Notes under the pieces: model-generated
What the model was told of the DNA's origin: nothing
Database searches by the model: none
Seen by the model: the letters and a program-made list of their open reading frames with translations, nothing else
DNA from: a virus
Lineage: Duplodnaviria; Caudoviricetes
Length of the DNA: 64,000 nucleotides
Strand: one strand, 5' to 3'
Virus record (IMG/VR): IMGVR_UViG_3300010429_000387
Coordinates: 96,001 to 160,000 of that record
In this document: positions 27,545 to 38,054 of the stretch, one piece after another
How positions within the stretch are numbered: the stretch's first letter is position 1
Layout of the letters: every line of letters begins with the position of its first letter
Program-made: the position numbers and the translations under genes

Positions 27545-29361
27545 TGCCTTCGGATCGGTTCACCAACGTACCCAGAGCTAACCTGAGCGGTAGCGTTCTC
27601 GCCAATACCCAGGCTGGTAGCTACCCTCATGCCCCCTACGCCTCCAAGGGCGGGTTTTCCTCTCAACTCACTGAGAAGGAGCGCTTGGCCCGTCGGATTC
27701 GGACTGCCAATGCTGGTGGGCACATGGGTGGGATCAGTGGTGGAGCAGGCAACACTGTCCTGTCTGGGCAGAGCCCCTTCTTCAGCCCACAGCTTTCCAC
27801 CGACTTCTTGGAACAGCCTCAATCTCTACGTGAGAAGCGTGAGATTTACAGGCACTTCTACAATGCCGACCCCATCGTGGGTCAGGCCATTGATCTTCAC
27901 ACTGAGCTTCCAATGTCGAAGGTTCGCCTCTCGACTCCGAAGCCTCGGACTTGCCCCCAGGGGTTCAAGGACCCAGATGACTACGGAAAGTACATCCTCG
28001 ACTTCTTTGAGAGGATGTGCAAGCGAATCAAGCTGTTCCAGCGGTTGATCACAGGGACCCACCACTACTGGTTGGATGGGAACGTGTTCTTCTTCGCTGA
28101 GGACTCGACGGTTGATGTCCCTCCTCAGGTTGGACACAAGGTCGAGAAGGTACCTCGGGCCGTCCTTCATGAGGATGGGACTGGGAGTGAGTACGAGGAG
28201 GACAGCATCAACGAGCTTCCCGACCGAGAGGACCGGGAGCTGGCCTACTACCAGAAGAACTACCAGGGCTGGTCCAAGCTCATCATCCTCCCCATCGACC
28301 AGGTCAAGCTCTCCTCCTTCAGCTTCACGGACAAGGTCCGGATCGAGCTGATCCCGAGCGACCGGGACAAGGTTCTCTTCCAGCAGGCTATGTCTGGGGA
28401 TGAGCGTTCTCAAGAGATGATCCAAGAGATCCCTCAAGAGGTCAGGGAGTACATTGAGTCTGGGAAGCTCATCCCGCTTGGTACCGACCCTGACGAGGGC
28501 TCGTTCTGCTATCACCTGGCAGCCCGTAGAGGAGCTGGGGAGGAGCTGGGGGCCAGTCTTCTGGACCGTTGCCTCCGGACGCTCTACTATCGTGAGAAGC
28601 TCCGTCAGGCCCAGACCCAGATTGCCTCCAGGGCCATGACCCCGAAGCGGTTGGTCTGGGGTGAGAACCTTTCTGAGACCGACACTGAAGACCTCCGGGA
28701 GCAGGTGGACCTGGCCCTGGTGGACCCTGACTACTCCATCGTGACCAACTACGAGGTCCACTGGGAGGAGATCGGTTCCCGTGATCGTCTGCTGGACTTG
28801 TCCAGCGAGTACGAGATCACAGACAAGCAGCTATTTGCTGGGCTTGGGGTTACTGAGTCACTCCTGAACGGTGAGTCCACGTTCTCGGGTGACCGAGTCA
28901 AGCTAGAAGTCCTGAATACCCGATACGTTCTCTTCAGAGAGGTCATCCAGGAGTACGTCGAGGAGTACCTTTTCAAGCCAGTAGCCCGTAGAAAGGGCTT
29001 CGTTGAGAAGGACCAGTGGGGCAACGAGGTGGTGTTGTTCCCACGCCTCAGCTTCACCCGTCTGGCCCTACGAGACAGCCAGGACACCTACGACGCCTTG
29101 TTCAACCTCTACCAGAAGGGTTCGATCAGTATCGACCTCATTTTGGAGATGTTTAACATCGACCCACAGGACACCAAGGAGAAGATCGAGAAGGACATGT
29201 TCTCGGTCAACGACTCCACCTTCAATGAGGTCATTCGAGGGGTCTATGGCGAGGTCGGTCGAATGCTCGCTGAGAAGACCGACATCATGGACAAGATCGC
29301 CAAGTACCTTGGTCTCCAGGTCAAGCAGGAGCCCCCCGCTGAAGAGGAAGGGCGCTACTGA
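27544..29361 (+). CDS. Portal protein
   Basis: 605 aa between terminase and protease; FYNADPIVGQAIDLHTELP, G.SLLDRC, GLGVTESLLNGE; helical portal-like pattern. Confidence 0.8.
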   Translation: MPSDRFTNVPRANLSGSVLANTQAGSYPHAPYASKGGFSSQLTEKERLARRIRTANAGGHMGGISGGAGNTVLSGQSPFFSPQLSTDFLEQPQSLREKREIYRHFYNADPIVGQAIDLHTELPMSKVRLSTPKPRTCPQGFKDPDDYGKYILDFFERMCKRIKLFQRLITGTHHYWLDGNVFFFAEDSTVDVPPQVGHKVEKVPRAVLHEDGTGSEYEEDSINELPDREDRELAYYQKNYQGWSKLIILPIDQVKLSSFSFTDKVRIELIPSDRDKVLFQQAMSGDERSQEMIQEIPQEVREYIESGKLIPLGTDPDEGSFCYHLAARRGAGEELGASLLDRCLRTLYYREKLRQAQTQIASRAMTPKRLVWGENLSETDTEDLREQVDLALVDPDYSIVTNYEVHWEEIGSRDRLLDLSSEYEITDKQLFAGLGVTESLLNGESTFSGDRVKLEVLNTRYVLFREVIQEYVEEYLFKPVARRKGFVEKDQWGNEVVLFPRLSFTRLALRDSQDTYDALFNLYQKGSISIDLILEMFNIDPQDTKEKIEKDMFSVNDSTFNEVIRGVYGEVGRMLAEKTDIMDKIAKYLGLQVKQEPPAEEEGRY

Positions 29362-29397
29362 ACCCCTCGATAGTTCTTTTGGTCGAGACCTTGATTG

Positions 29398-32300
29398 ATG
29401 GACATCCTGGGCACCAAAGATCGCAACGAGCGTGAGGAGGCGGAGGCGGAGCGTCTTGTTCGCCCCCTCCCCAAGCTCAAGCCTCCTCGGCATGACCGCC
29501 GACGGGAAGAGATGCAGGTTGACCGGGACCCGGATGTAGAGGGTGATCCCGACACCAAGTCTGACCCAGACCTCTCGATGAACCGTCGGGAGATCGGTGG
29601 GTCCGCTGACTTCTATCGTCGATTCGTTCGAGAGGTTCTTGCAGGTGAGGCTGCCAAGAAGCTGATCACCGTTCGTCGCAAGGAAGACGACCAAACCGTC
29701 CAGGTGTCCGAGGACACCCTCCACGGCCCTGAAGCCTCGAAGTACGAGAAGATCAAGGAGGGGGACCCCAAGCCCAAGAAGGACCGCTCCCACCTTCAGT
29801 TGGTGAAGGCCCCGAAGGAAGAGGCAGCCCCGAAGGAAGAGGCCCCGAAGGAAGAGGCGCCCAAGCCCAAAGGTAAGCCAGACCTGAAAGAGGCCCCCAA
29901 GCCCAAGGAGAAGGCCAAGGAGCCCAAGAAGGAGCAGGCAAAGCTCACAGATGAGGAGCTTGCTGCCAACGTCGTCAACAAGTGGAAGGCTGGGGAGAAG
30001 CACAAGGCCAAGGACTTCCAAGAGTTTGGCGATTCGATCCCCACCTCGACCAAGGACTCGGAGACAGGGGAGGTGCTCTTCCTTGACCCCAAGTCGAAGA
30101 AGCGACTCCCCTTCGAGAAGCTACCCAACACAGAGAAAGCTCGCCTCATCCAGGAGTTCTCCAAGAAGAAGGAGCAGGCCGGTAAGGAGAAGGCAGAGCA
30201 GGAGAAGACCCAGAAGGAGCAGGCCGCTCTGACTCAGGCCATCTCCAACGCTGGTGGGGAGGATACTGAGAAGGCTCGTAAGCTCCTTCGGGACCTCGCT
30301 GACCCCAAGAGTGAAGCCTCCAAGAAGATTCAGGAGATCGTATCCAAGGGGCACGCAGCAGAGGACTTGGACATTGCCAAGACCTTCCCAGAACTTGCGA
30401 AGGTGGGCCAGCTCCCTCCTTCGGTCAAGAACGTGGCTGATCTCGTTCGTGTGGCGAAGCCTTTCAAGGAGCAAGAGGACAAGAGAGAGGCTGAGGAGAA
30501 GAAGAAGGCGGACGAAAAGGCCAAAGCTGAGGCAGAGGAAGCCAAGAAGCATGAGGCCCCTCCACCACCAAAGAGGAAGCCGCCTACTAGCAGGGAGAAG
30601 TATGAGGCTCTAAGTATGCTCTTGGACACCTTCCCAGCGGATGTGGCGTCCAAGTACATGCTTGATCACCCTGATGACATCAAGGAGATTGTCACTCAAT
30701 ATCAATCTCTTAGGGATACAGCCAAAAGCCTAACTCCACACGCTGCCGCCGCCGCTCTAAAGCAGGCAGGTGCAGACTTCACACTTAATCCAATGAGTGT
30801 GAAGCCTCCAAAGGAGCTAAACGGAAAGCCCTTTTCGGAGGTGGACCCCGAGGAGAAAGCTGAGGCTATGCAGAAGTACCGGATGAAGCAGGTTGCATTG
30901 AACCTGGCAGTCCGGGACCATGCTATAGCTGCTCTCAAGGGGACTGGGGTGAACCCGGAGTTGGCCTCGAAGATTGCGGATCACACCCTATCGGCCGGTT
31001 CCGACCCCAAGGCACACCGACAGAAGACCGTAGAAGCCTCACGAGACCTCTTCGTCAGTAGTAGCGTCCCCAAGCCGGAAGACCTTGAGGACGAGGATGA
31101 GGACGAGGACGAGGAGGACGAGCGGTTTGGAGTTCCGAAGAAGGTCAAGCCTGAGCCGAAGCCAACCGACCCCAAGGCGAGAAAGAAGCTGCTAGATGGC
31201 CTGGTCAAGTCCAGCAACCTGGATGCCCAGATGCTAGCGGTAGCTTCCTTCCAGGGTGAGGACTACCAGGAGGCCATGAAGCAGTTCCGAGTAGACCCCT
31301 CTGACAATCCAAAGAGGGTTGTGGCTAAGCTGAGGGCCGCTGAGAAGTTCTTCAAGGAGCAGTCGAAGCTGTACCCACCTGAGGCGGTCTCCGCTCTGGA
31401 GAACCCCTACCAGGTCTTCAGGACTCGAATTAGGCACTCGCTCAGCTCACTCTCTGAGAAGGATGCCGCTTCTGTCCGGAAGCACATTGCTGAGCTTGAC
31501 GCTTCTGACTACGAGTCCTCCCTGAAGGGCCACCAGAAGACTCAGAAGAAGTACGAGAAGGACCGTGAGAAGTGGGAGCGAGACAAGGCCCAGAGTGCGA
31601 AGTCTGGCAAGCCCTTCACTACCCCTGAGCCCATAGAGCCCACCCCTCCAGTGAAGCCTAGGGATTATGACGTGATTCGCCCGAACTCCAAGGGGGACCC
31701 TGAATCAGTTCGGAGGCGGTTCGAGGAGGCATTCAGGAAGAAGAATGCTGCCCTCTATTCTTCTTATCCCGTGGAGGTTTGGCAGATGGGCACAACTATG
31801 CCGTCAAGAGACCAAGTCATACAGGCGATCCGAACCGCCATCTACCATGGGGTCCAACCCTATCCGGCGGGTCATGAGGGGTTCGCCCCGTATACCGGTT
31901 GGGAGCAGGCTCAGATCCGAGACCTGGCGACCCAGGACTTCTCGACCATTCTGGCTGAAGCCAAGGGGTGGTTGAAGTCCCCCGTTCTGTCCAAGTCCAT
32001 CGAGGGGATGGTTCCGGATTCAAGGTTCCGAGCTGCATTGGACCTTGCCATTCGAGATGTTGAGGGTGGCAAGTACGGCTCAGCCATTGATGCCAACCTC
32101 TACAACATGCTCCTAGCGAAGCTCGCTGGGGAGTCCCAGACAGAGACACTTCTGACCATTCGTGAAGCCGCCTCAAACCGAACAGAGGGTACTGACATGA
32201 CCATCAAGATCGCCAAGGAAGACGCAAACAAGGCTCTCAGCCGTATCGACCGTATCGCTGGGCTCATCCAGGCCAACGCAGAAAACTGGAAGATCCCCTT

Positions 32301-32583
32301 TGAGACGGCCAAGGCCATTGTCAACGATCTTGACAAGACGGCGGACGAGATCGAGAAGTCGGCCTACGGTGCAGAGTCCCTCGCCAAGCGTCAGGTCGAA
32401 GTCCTGAAGAACGCCAAGGTCCTTCAGCATGACTCGGACGAAGGCTACATGGGCACGTTCAATGCCCCGACGGCTCCCAAGCAGACCGACTCGGACGAGA
32501 CCTATATGAGCCTTTTCAAGGATGACCAGACGGTCTCCGTGGTGGATGGCAAGTCCTCCACCGGCCGCCCCCTGGCTCCCTGA
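29398..32583 (+). CDS. Large Lys/Glu-rich modular head-region protein
   Basis: About 1060 aa; APKEE repeats and an acidic tract; possible internal starts at 31786 and 32197. Confidence 0.75.
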   Translation: MDILGTKDRNEREEAEAERLVRPLPKLKPPRHDRRREEMQVDRDPDVEGDPDTKSDPDLSMNRREIGGSADFYRRFVREVLAGEAAKKLITVRRKEDDQTVQVSEDTLHGPEASKYEKIKEGDPKPKKDRSHLQLVKAPKEEAAPKEEAPKEEAPKPKGKPDLKEAPKPKEKAKEPKKEQAKLTDEELAANVVNKWKAGEKHKAKDFQEFGDSIPTSTKDSETGEVLFLDPKSKKRLPFEKLPNTEKARLIQEFSKKKEQAGKEKAEQEKTQKEQAALTQAISNAGGEDTEKARKLLRDLADPKSEASKKIQEIVSKGHAAEDLDIAKTFPELAKVGQLPPSVKNVADLVRVAKPFKEQEDKREAEEKKKADEKAKAEAEEAKKHEAPPPPKRKPPTSREKYEALSMLLDTFPADVASKYMLDHPDDIKEIVTQYQSLRDTAKSLTPHAAAAALKQAGADFTLNPMSVKPPKELNGKPFSEVDPEEKAEAMQKYRMKQVALNLAVRDHAIAALKGTGVNPELASKIADHTLSAGSDPKAHRQKTVEASRDLFVSSSVPKPEDLEDEDEDEDEEDERFGVPKKVKPEPKPTDPKARKKLLDGLVKSSNLDAQMLAVASFQGEDYQEAMKQFRVDPSDNPKRVVAKLRAAEKFFKEQSKLYPPEAVSALENPYQVFRTRIRHSLSSLSEKDAASVRKHIAELDASDYESSLKGHQKTQKKYEKDREKWERDKAQSAKSGKPFTTPEPIEPTPPVKPRDYDVIRPNSKGDPESVRRRFEEAFRKKNAALYSSYPVEVWQMGTTMPSRDQVIQAIRTAIYHGVQPYPAGHEGFAPYTGWEQAQIRDLATQDFSTILAEAKGWLKSPVLSKSIEGMVPDSRFRAALDLAIRDVEGGKYGSAIDANLYNMLLAKLAGESQTETLLTIREAASNRTEGTDMTIKIAKEDANKALSRIDRIAGLIQANAENWKIPFETAKAIVNDLDKTADEIEKSAYGAESLAKRQVEVLKNAKVLQHDSDEGYMGTFNAPTAPKQTDSDETYMSLFKDDQTVSVVDGKSSTGRPLAP

Positions 32584-32628
32584 GAGCGGACACGTAGAGA
32601 CGCAACCTCTCGCCCGATTGGAGCTACC

Positions 32629-33375
32629 GTGGCTATCGACTACTGGAAACTGACAAAGGAGTTCACCCAAGGGGATTGTGTGCAGAAGCTCACGATCACC
32701 ACGGGATTCCTGTCCCCTTACGTTGGTGCCGTCACCGCTGTCCACAAGGGCCTCGGTGTTGTCGATGTCCAGTGGCCGTTTGGCAACGAGCGTTGCTTCC
32801 CCGATGACATTGTGAAGGTGAACCCCAAGTTCATGGCGTTCACCCCACCAGCATTCGACCAGAGCTATGTCACTGTCGAGATCGAGAGGGCTCGAAAGGA
32901 GGCTTCCGCCTCTACCCTCTGGAGGAATCGTCAGTTCCAGCCCTCCGTCTACATCGAACTGGCTCGGTCCTGGCACAAGGGGGCGAGCGAGGTCATTGCC
33001 TATGATGACCTCTACCGTTCCATCCCCAACGTGGATGACGAGGCTCTCCGGGATGAGGTGTCGAAGTTCTACCGCTTCGCTGCCAATGCTGGGGAGCTTC
33101 GGATCCAGTCTCACATCCGGGACTGCTTCGAGAAGAATGCTGCCTACTGGGTAGCCCAGAATCGTCAGTACAGGGCCACAGGGGAAGACCTCAAGGCGGG
33201 GAAGCCTGCCTGCCCCAAGTGTGCCTCTCGGATGCGAAGGGCTACCTACAAGATGCACGAGGGGTCGAAGCACAAGGTCTTCGCCTGCCCCAAGTGCCTC
33301 TATCTCATTGACCCAGCCTCAATCCTTGGACCAGGCGGGGAACCCCATGACTGGTTCGGAACAGGTGGTATCTGA
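32629..33375 (+). CDS. Hypothetical protein with a C-terminal zinc ribbon
   Basis: CPKC-x19-CPKC; GGAG RBS. Confidence 0.75.
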   Translation: MAIDYWKLTKEFTQGDCVQKLTITTGFLSPYVGAVTAVHKGLGVVDVQWPFGNERCFPDDIVKVNPKFMAFTPPAFDQSYVTVEIERARKEASASTLWRNRQFQPSVYIELARSWHKGASEVIAYDDLYRSIPNVDDEALRDEVSKFYRFAANAGELRIQSHIRDCFEKNAAYWVAQNRQYRATGEDLKAGKPACPKCASRMRRATYKMHEGSKHKVFACPKCLYLIDPASILGPGGEPHDWFGTGGI

Positions 33376-33377
33376 CC

Positions 33378-35024
33378 ATGGGCTTCGCCAAGACTGCCAG
33401 GGCTAGGGTCACTCAACCGGTCATCAACCAGGCTGGGTGGGTGGACATTCGCTCGAAGGCGTCTTTCCCGGTACCTTCGTTTGAATTGAGGAGTGCTGCT
33501 CAGGTTGTCCTTCAACAGTACGACCCTGCACAGTACCTCCTGTCCCATTGTACCATCATCGCCTCGGTTGACACTGAGAACCCTGGACTCCCCACCGGGG
33601 TCCAGATGTACGACGGAACTCAGATCAACCGGAAATACCCCGACTACCAAGTCACCCTCGGCACCACCAAGTACATCAACAACAACAACGATTGCTGGGA
33701 GCGCAAGCTCCTCCTGGCTTCGTTCCGTACTTTCATTGGTGGTGAGAACTACGTTGAGCACATCCAGATCCCCGAACTCTCCAAGGGGAAGATCATTGAT
33801 GCTGCTGCCCGTGACATCGGTGACTCGGTCTACGTAGACATCTTGATTGCCACTGACCGCAAGCACAAGCCTCTGATTGAGGCTATCACCAGCGGTCAGC
33901 TCAGCACCCTTTCAATGGGGTGTCACGTTGGTTTCACCATCTGTACGAAGTGCGGCAACGTTGCTGAGGATGAGACCCAGCTCTGCCGCCACATCAAGTA
34001 CGAGAAGGGCAATGTCTTCCTAGACTCCAGGGGCCAGCGACGGAAGGTTGCTGAGCTATGCGGGCACATCACGGCCGAACCGGGTTCGGTCAAGTTCATT
34101 GAAGGCAGTTGGGTTGCCAATCCTGCCTTTGCTGGGGCCGTCCTACGGGCCATTCTGGACCCCAAGACTGCTCTTCTGGCTGAAGCTGCCAGGCAGAAGA
34201 TTCAAGTTGCGTTCTCTCGACCAGTAGAGGTTTTCGACTCCTCCTCAATGCAGAAGGCTGCCAGGATTGCCCCGATTGGAGTTGGTGCAAAGGCTGTCCC
34301 ATCGGACCACCTTGCCTACCTCTATGATGGGCCTTCACTTGGGGCACTCAAGGCCCCCCCAGCCTTCTCTGGGTCTGCCAAGGCATCTGAGGCTCGTGAG
34401 GCTCGTTTGAGCCAGATCACGTCAGCTCAGCAGGACTTCCCAGGTCAGGCTGAGCTGAGTGTGGAGCAGAAGGGTCCAGCCCCAGAAGAGGATGGGAACC
34501 CTTTCAAGAAGACCATTGATGACCTCTACAAGTCTCTCGTTGACGAGGTGACTCAGAAGGTTCGCAAGGACCTGTCTCAGGTGGAACAAGACAAAACCAG
34601 AGGCATCCTTGACGAGAATCGCTCGAATCAATCACTCATCAAGTCGGCTATGCGCTACCCCAAGTGGCGTGAGCGGGCGAAGGTGGTTTTGGCTACCGTG
34701 CGAGAGCCCACCAAGGCTCAAAGCATCCTAGCTGGCCTCATTCTCCATGACTTCGGTGGGTGGGAAGCCGTAGCTTCGACCCGACGTTTCACCGGACGTG
34801 AGATTCTTGTTATAGACCGGTTTCTGACACGGATGACCAAGAAGTCTTCCATGGCAGGGGACGGTAGGGTCTACCGCACCGTAATCGCTGTAGGCGGTAC
34901 GGCACCATACGCAGATGTAAATGCCTACCTCACGGCTTGTCGTGGGGTTATGGGCCGTACACCGACAGGGTCCGAGAGGACTCAGCTCTTGGAGAAGGGC
35001 AAACTTTTTGCTCTCGGCCTCTAA
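33378..35024 (+). CDS. Putative prohead maturation protease
   Basis: NYVEH, LSMGC, CTKCG..LC.H insertion and FIEGSWVANPAF fit an HK97/herpes-type Ser protease. Lies before the scaffold and capsid genes. Confidence 0.75.
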   Translation: MGFAKTARARVTQPVINQAGWVDIRSKASFPVPSFELRSAAQVVLQQYDPAQYLLSHCTIIASVDTENPGLPTGVQMYDGTQINRKYPDYQVTLGTTKYINNNNDCWERKLLLASFRTFIGGENYVEHIQIPELSKGKIIDAAARDIGDSVYVDILIATDRKHKPLIEAITSGQLSTLSMGCHVGFTICTKCGNVAEDETQLCRHIKYEKGNVFLDSRGQRRKVAELCGHITAEPGSVKFIEGSWVANPAFAGAVLRAILDPKTALLAEAARQKIQVAFSRPVEVFDSSSMQKAARIAPIGVGAKAVPSDHLAYLYDGPSLGALKAPPAFSGSAKASEAREARLSQITSAQQDFPGQAELSVEQKGPAPEEDGNPFKKTIDDLYKSLVDEVTQKVRKDLSQVEQDKTRGILDENRSNQSLIKSAMRYPKWRERAKVVLATVREPTKAQSILAGLILHDFGGWEAVASTRRFTGREILVIDRFLTRMTKKSSMAGDGRVYRTVIAVGGTAPYADVNAYLTACRGVMGRTPTGSERTQLLEKGKLFALGL

Positions 35025-35070
35025 GGAACTTTTTATACGAGTCCTCGATTCAAGGAAAGGATCTCCCTCC

Positions 35071-36348
35071 ATGCCCCGTGAGCGCACTACTTGGAACCGC
35101 ACAGAAATCGCAAGGACGGCTGGCCTCAAGGTTGCCGATCCCTACACCATGAACCAGGATCACCCGCAACCGAAAGCGGATGCGTATGTGACTGGGGATC
35201 CCTCTTCCTTTGGTGAGGATGTTCATCCTGCCAACGGGACCTGGGAAGCTGAGTACGCAGGAGGGCAGGTCAAGAGGAACGAGATCGGGATGCCGGAGAT
35301 GAGGGGTGATACCTTCAACCATCCCGAGAAGACCGCCTCTGAAGAGGTCCTGACCAAGAAGGCGGCTCTCTGTGTCGCCATCGCTCGGGCGATCCTCCCC
35401 AAGACGGCATCCTCCACCGAGATCGAAGACCAGTCCCTTTCCTTCATGCACCTTCCCGACTCAGAGGTCATGAGCACCTACACCCGACTGGCACAGGACC
35501 AGAAGGAAGGTCAGGAGGAGCAGGCCCAGGCTCAGCAGAAGCAGGGTGGCGAGATGCCTCCCCAGTTCAAGGAGAACGCTGAGAAGAAGAAGGAAGAGGC
35601 CGAGGCCAAGAAGGAGCAGGACAAGAAGGCTCAGGACCAGAAGGAAGGTCAGGGACAGCAGGATCAGGCTCAGGGACAGCAGAAGCAGGCTCAGCAGGAG
35701 CAGATCGCCCAGCTCCAGCAGCAGGCTCAGCAGATCCAGCAGCAGATCGCCCAGCTCCAGCAGCAAGCTCAGGCCCAGCAGCAGGCTCCTGTCGCCCAGG
35801 GTCAGCAGGTCCAGAGCCAGGCTCAGCAGGTTGCCCAGGCAGTCCAGCAAGCCATCGCTCAGGGTCAGGACCCAGTCCAGGCCGTTCAACAGATCATGCA
35901 GCAGCAGGTCCCTGTTGCCCAGCAGCAGGCTCCTATCGGACAGGATGCTGAACTCATCGACGCCATGCTTGCTCAGGACCCCATCCAGGCCCCCACGGCT
36001 GAGATGGAGATCCAGATCGAGACACCCTCGATGGATGTTGGTGAAGTCCAGCTTGGACCGGAGGATGATGTCCTCAACCAGCTCTTCGCCAGCAATGCTG
36101 AAGTTCGTCTGGCCCAGCAGGCTCAGGGACAGGACCCAGACCAGGATCAGGGTCAGGCCCAGCAGAAGCAGGCCCATGTGGTCCGCACTGCCTCCATGCG
36201 TACCGTCGGGACTCGTCCCACTGGTGGCGTGAGCCAGATTGGTGGCCTCCCCTCAGCCGGTTCTTCTGGTGGTGGGGACAAGCTGTCGAGCCTCTGGAAC
36301 TCGGCACCCGATGTTCGTGAGGCATTTGGCCTTCCGACAAACCGATGA
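35071..36348 (+). CDS. Putative scaffolding protein, Gln-rich
   Basis: Between protease and capsid genes; long Q/A/E/K tract; AAGGA RBS before ATG 35071. Confidence 0.6.
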   Translation: MPRERTTWNRTEIARTAGLKVADPYTMNQDHPQPKADAYVTGDPSSFGEDVHPANGTWEAEYAGGQVKRNEIGMPEMRGDTFNHPEKTASEEVLTKKAALCVAIARAILPKTASSTEIEDQSLSFMHLPDSEVMSTYTRLAQDQKEGQEEQAQAQQKQGGEMPPQFKENAEKKKEEAEAKKEQDKKAQDQKEGQGQQDQAQGQQKQAQQEQIAQLQQQAQQIQQQIAQLQQQAQAQQQAPVAQGQQVQSQAQQVAQAVQQAIAQGQDPVQAVQQIMQQQVPVAQQQAPIGQDAELIDAMLAQDPIQAPTAEMEIQIETPSMDVGEVQLGPEDDVLNQLFASNAEVRLAQQAQGQDPDQDQGQAQQKQAHVVRTASMRTVGTRPTGGVSQIGGLPSAGSSGGGDKLSSLWNSAPDVREAFGLPTNR

Positions 36349-36355
36349 ATCTACT

Positions 36356-36386
36356 TGTACGGGGACTCTAGGTGAGTCCCCGTACA
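36356..36386. promoter_or_regulatory. Perfect 13-bp inverted repeat upstream of the capsid genes
   Basis: TGTACGGGGACTC-TAGGT-GAGTCCCCGTACA; no U-tract. Confidence 0.55.
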
Positions 36387-36470
36387 GTGAGACTCCCTCA
36401 ACCCTCTGGGTTGCCTAGATGTAGATGAAGATGCGAAGGACCCCCAACTTTTCCGCCAAAGGAGTAACAC

Positions 36471-37094
36471 ATGTCGCTACGCGGACAAAGCTCGGGAGAC
36501 TTCAGGGAGACTAGCGGTCGAGTGCAGCTCTTCCATGTCGTCACACGCAACAGCGTGGGCGCCCTGGTAGCAGATGCGTTCACCCAGGACAACCCGGTCG
36601 TCTACACGAGCGCCAACGTCAAGTCCACCACCCTCACGGGTATCACCAAGAAGGGCGTTCTTGGTGGCTCGGTGGCATTCACTCGCCCTCAGGCCGGGAA
36701 CAACGTCATTGGTGGACCCTCTGTCACCGCTGGCCCAGCATTCCTTGCTGGCATCCGCCCCCTCGGCATCTTCATCAATGATGCAGTGGGCAACGCCTAC
36801 GAGAACACTCCCGGACCAGCCTCCGGTCGTGGACCGTATGTCTCGGGCTCCGGCTCGACCATTGGCGTCACCCTCTACGAGACTCAGAAGCTCCAGGGTG
36901 CTGGTGCTGGTGATGCTCTCACGTACACCCCCGGACAGAAGCTCTACGCCTCTGCCAACGGACTCCTCACGAACCGGATCGAGGACGCATACGAGTACCT
37001 TCAGGGTGACACCACGGGCGTCACTGTGATGGGCATCGTCAAGGCTGCTCCGGACGCCAACACCCCCATGCTCGTGCTGGACCTCCGAGTCTGA
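36471..37094 (+). CDS. Putative capsid decoration/cement protein
   Basis: Immediately upstream of the MCP; strong AAGGAG RBS; PLGIF, Y.PGQKLYAS.NGLLT and MGIV pattern. Confidence 0.65.
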   Translation: MSLRGQSSGDFRETSGRVQLFHVVTRNSVGALVADAFTQDNPVVYTSANVKSTTLTGITKKGVLGGSVAFTRPQAGNNVIGGPSVTAGPAFLAGIRPLGIFINDAVGNAYENTPGPASGRGPYVSGSGSTIGVTLYETQKLQGAGAGDALTYTPGQKLYASANGLLTNRIEDAYEYLQGDTTGVTVMGIVKAAPDANTPMLVLDLRV

Positions 37095-37117
37095 GCAGAA
37101 AGGAATTAGGCACGAAC

Positions 37118-37990
37118 ATGGTAACCAACGAGATCAAGCAACAGATCATCTCGGAGTACATCAAGACTGCCGCTGGCCGAGCCAAGCTGGCTGCCTCGAT
37201 GATCCAGCCCCTCCGCCTCCGTCGTGACTACACGGCAGTGGGTCGCAAGACCTTCCTTGTCGAGCAGTTGCCTGACGGAGCACTCCCGATCTATGACAAG
37301 GATCCGGATGTGACCGCCTACGTCGTGGGTGAGGAAGGTGAGAACATTCTCGCCATCCAGAAGCCTCGCCGGGTCATCTTCCCCTTGTTCGAGATCGCCT
37401 CGAACCCGGAGATCCCCCTCACCCAGATCAAGGAGCGTCGCTTCGATCTGATTGAGAGGGCTCAGGACCTCGCCAAGGCCCAGATCCAGGCTGCTGAGGA
37501 TGAGCGTGTGTTTGCGGTTCTGGACAGCATTGCTGTCTCGGGCTTCGACACCCTCCCCGGCCAGACCAACCCGGACATCAACGTGGTTGCCCCCATCTCT
37601 CCGAGCGTCCTCGCTGACGCATTCGCTGAGGTGGAGCGTCACGACCTCCGAGTTGCCAGGATCTACATGAATGCGACGGACTATGCGGACATCCGCAAGT
37701 TCGGTCGTGACATCCTGGACATCGAGAGCCAGGCCGTTCTGCTCAAGACTGGTCTCCAGGCCACCCTCTGGGGCGCCCAGATCATCACGAGCCGTCTGGT
37801 CCCTGCTGGCTTCGTGTACATCGCTGCTGAGCCCGAGAACTTCGGTCGCTTCCCCGTCCGCACGGAACTCACCGTTCTGTCGGCCGACGACCCCAAGGCT
37901 CGGACCATCGGCTTCTCCTGCTTCGAGAACGTCGGCATCGGCGCCTTCAACCCCCGTGGCCTCACCCGCCTGGTGGTTACCCGAGTCTGA
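37118..37990 (+). CDS. Major capsid protein (HK97 fold)
   Basis: 290 aa with strongly biased codons; follows protease/scaffold/decoration genes; IQAAEDERVF, IYMN, LWGAQIITS..VP.G; followed by a terminator. Confidence 0.85.
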   Translation: MVTNEIKQQIISEYIKTAAGRAKLAASMIQPLRLRRDYTAVGRKTFLVEQLPDGALPIYDKDPDVTAYVVGEEGENILAIQKPRRVIFPLFEIASNPEIPLTQIKERRFDLIERAQDLAKAQIQAAEDERVFAVLDSIAVSGFDTLPGQTNPDINVVAPISPSVLADAFAEVERHDLRVARIYMNATDYADIRKFGRDILDIESQAVLLKTGLQATLWGAQIITSRLVPAGFVYIAAEPENFGRFPVRTELTVLSADDPKARTIGFSCFENVGIGAFNPRGLTRLVVTRV

Positions 37991-38014
37991 TTCAGTCCTC
38001 GGACGTAGTCCCCT

Positions 38015-38054
38015 GGAAGGCCAGCCTGGAAACAGGTTGGCCTTTCGGCTTTTC
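38015..38054 (+). terminator. Intrinsic terminator after the MCP gene
   Basis: GGAAGGCCAGCCTG-GAAA-CAGGTTGGCCTTTC followed by GGCTTTTC. Confidence 0.7.

Noticed and set aside
35490-35940. CAG-rich repeats as a non-coding repeat element
   Set aside because: They encode the Gln-rich tract of the putative scaffold protein.
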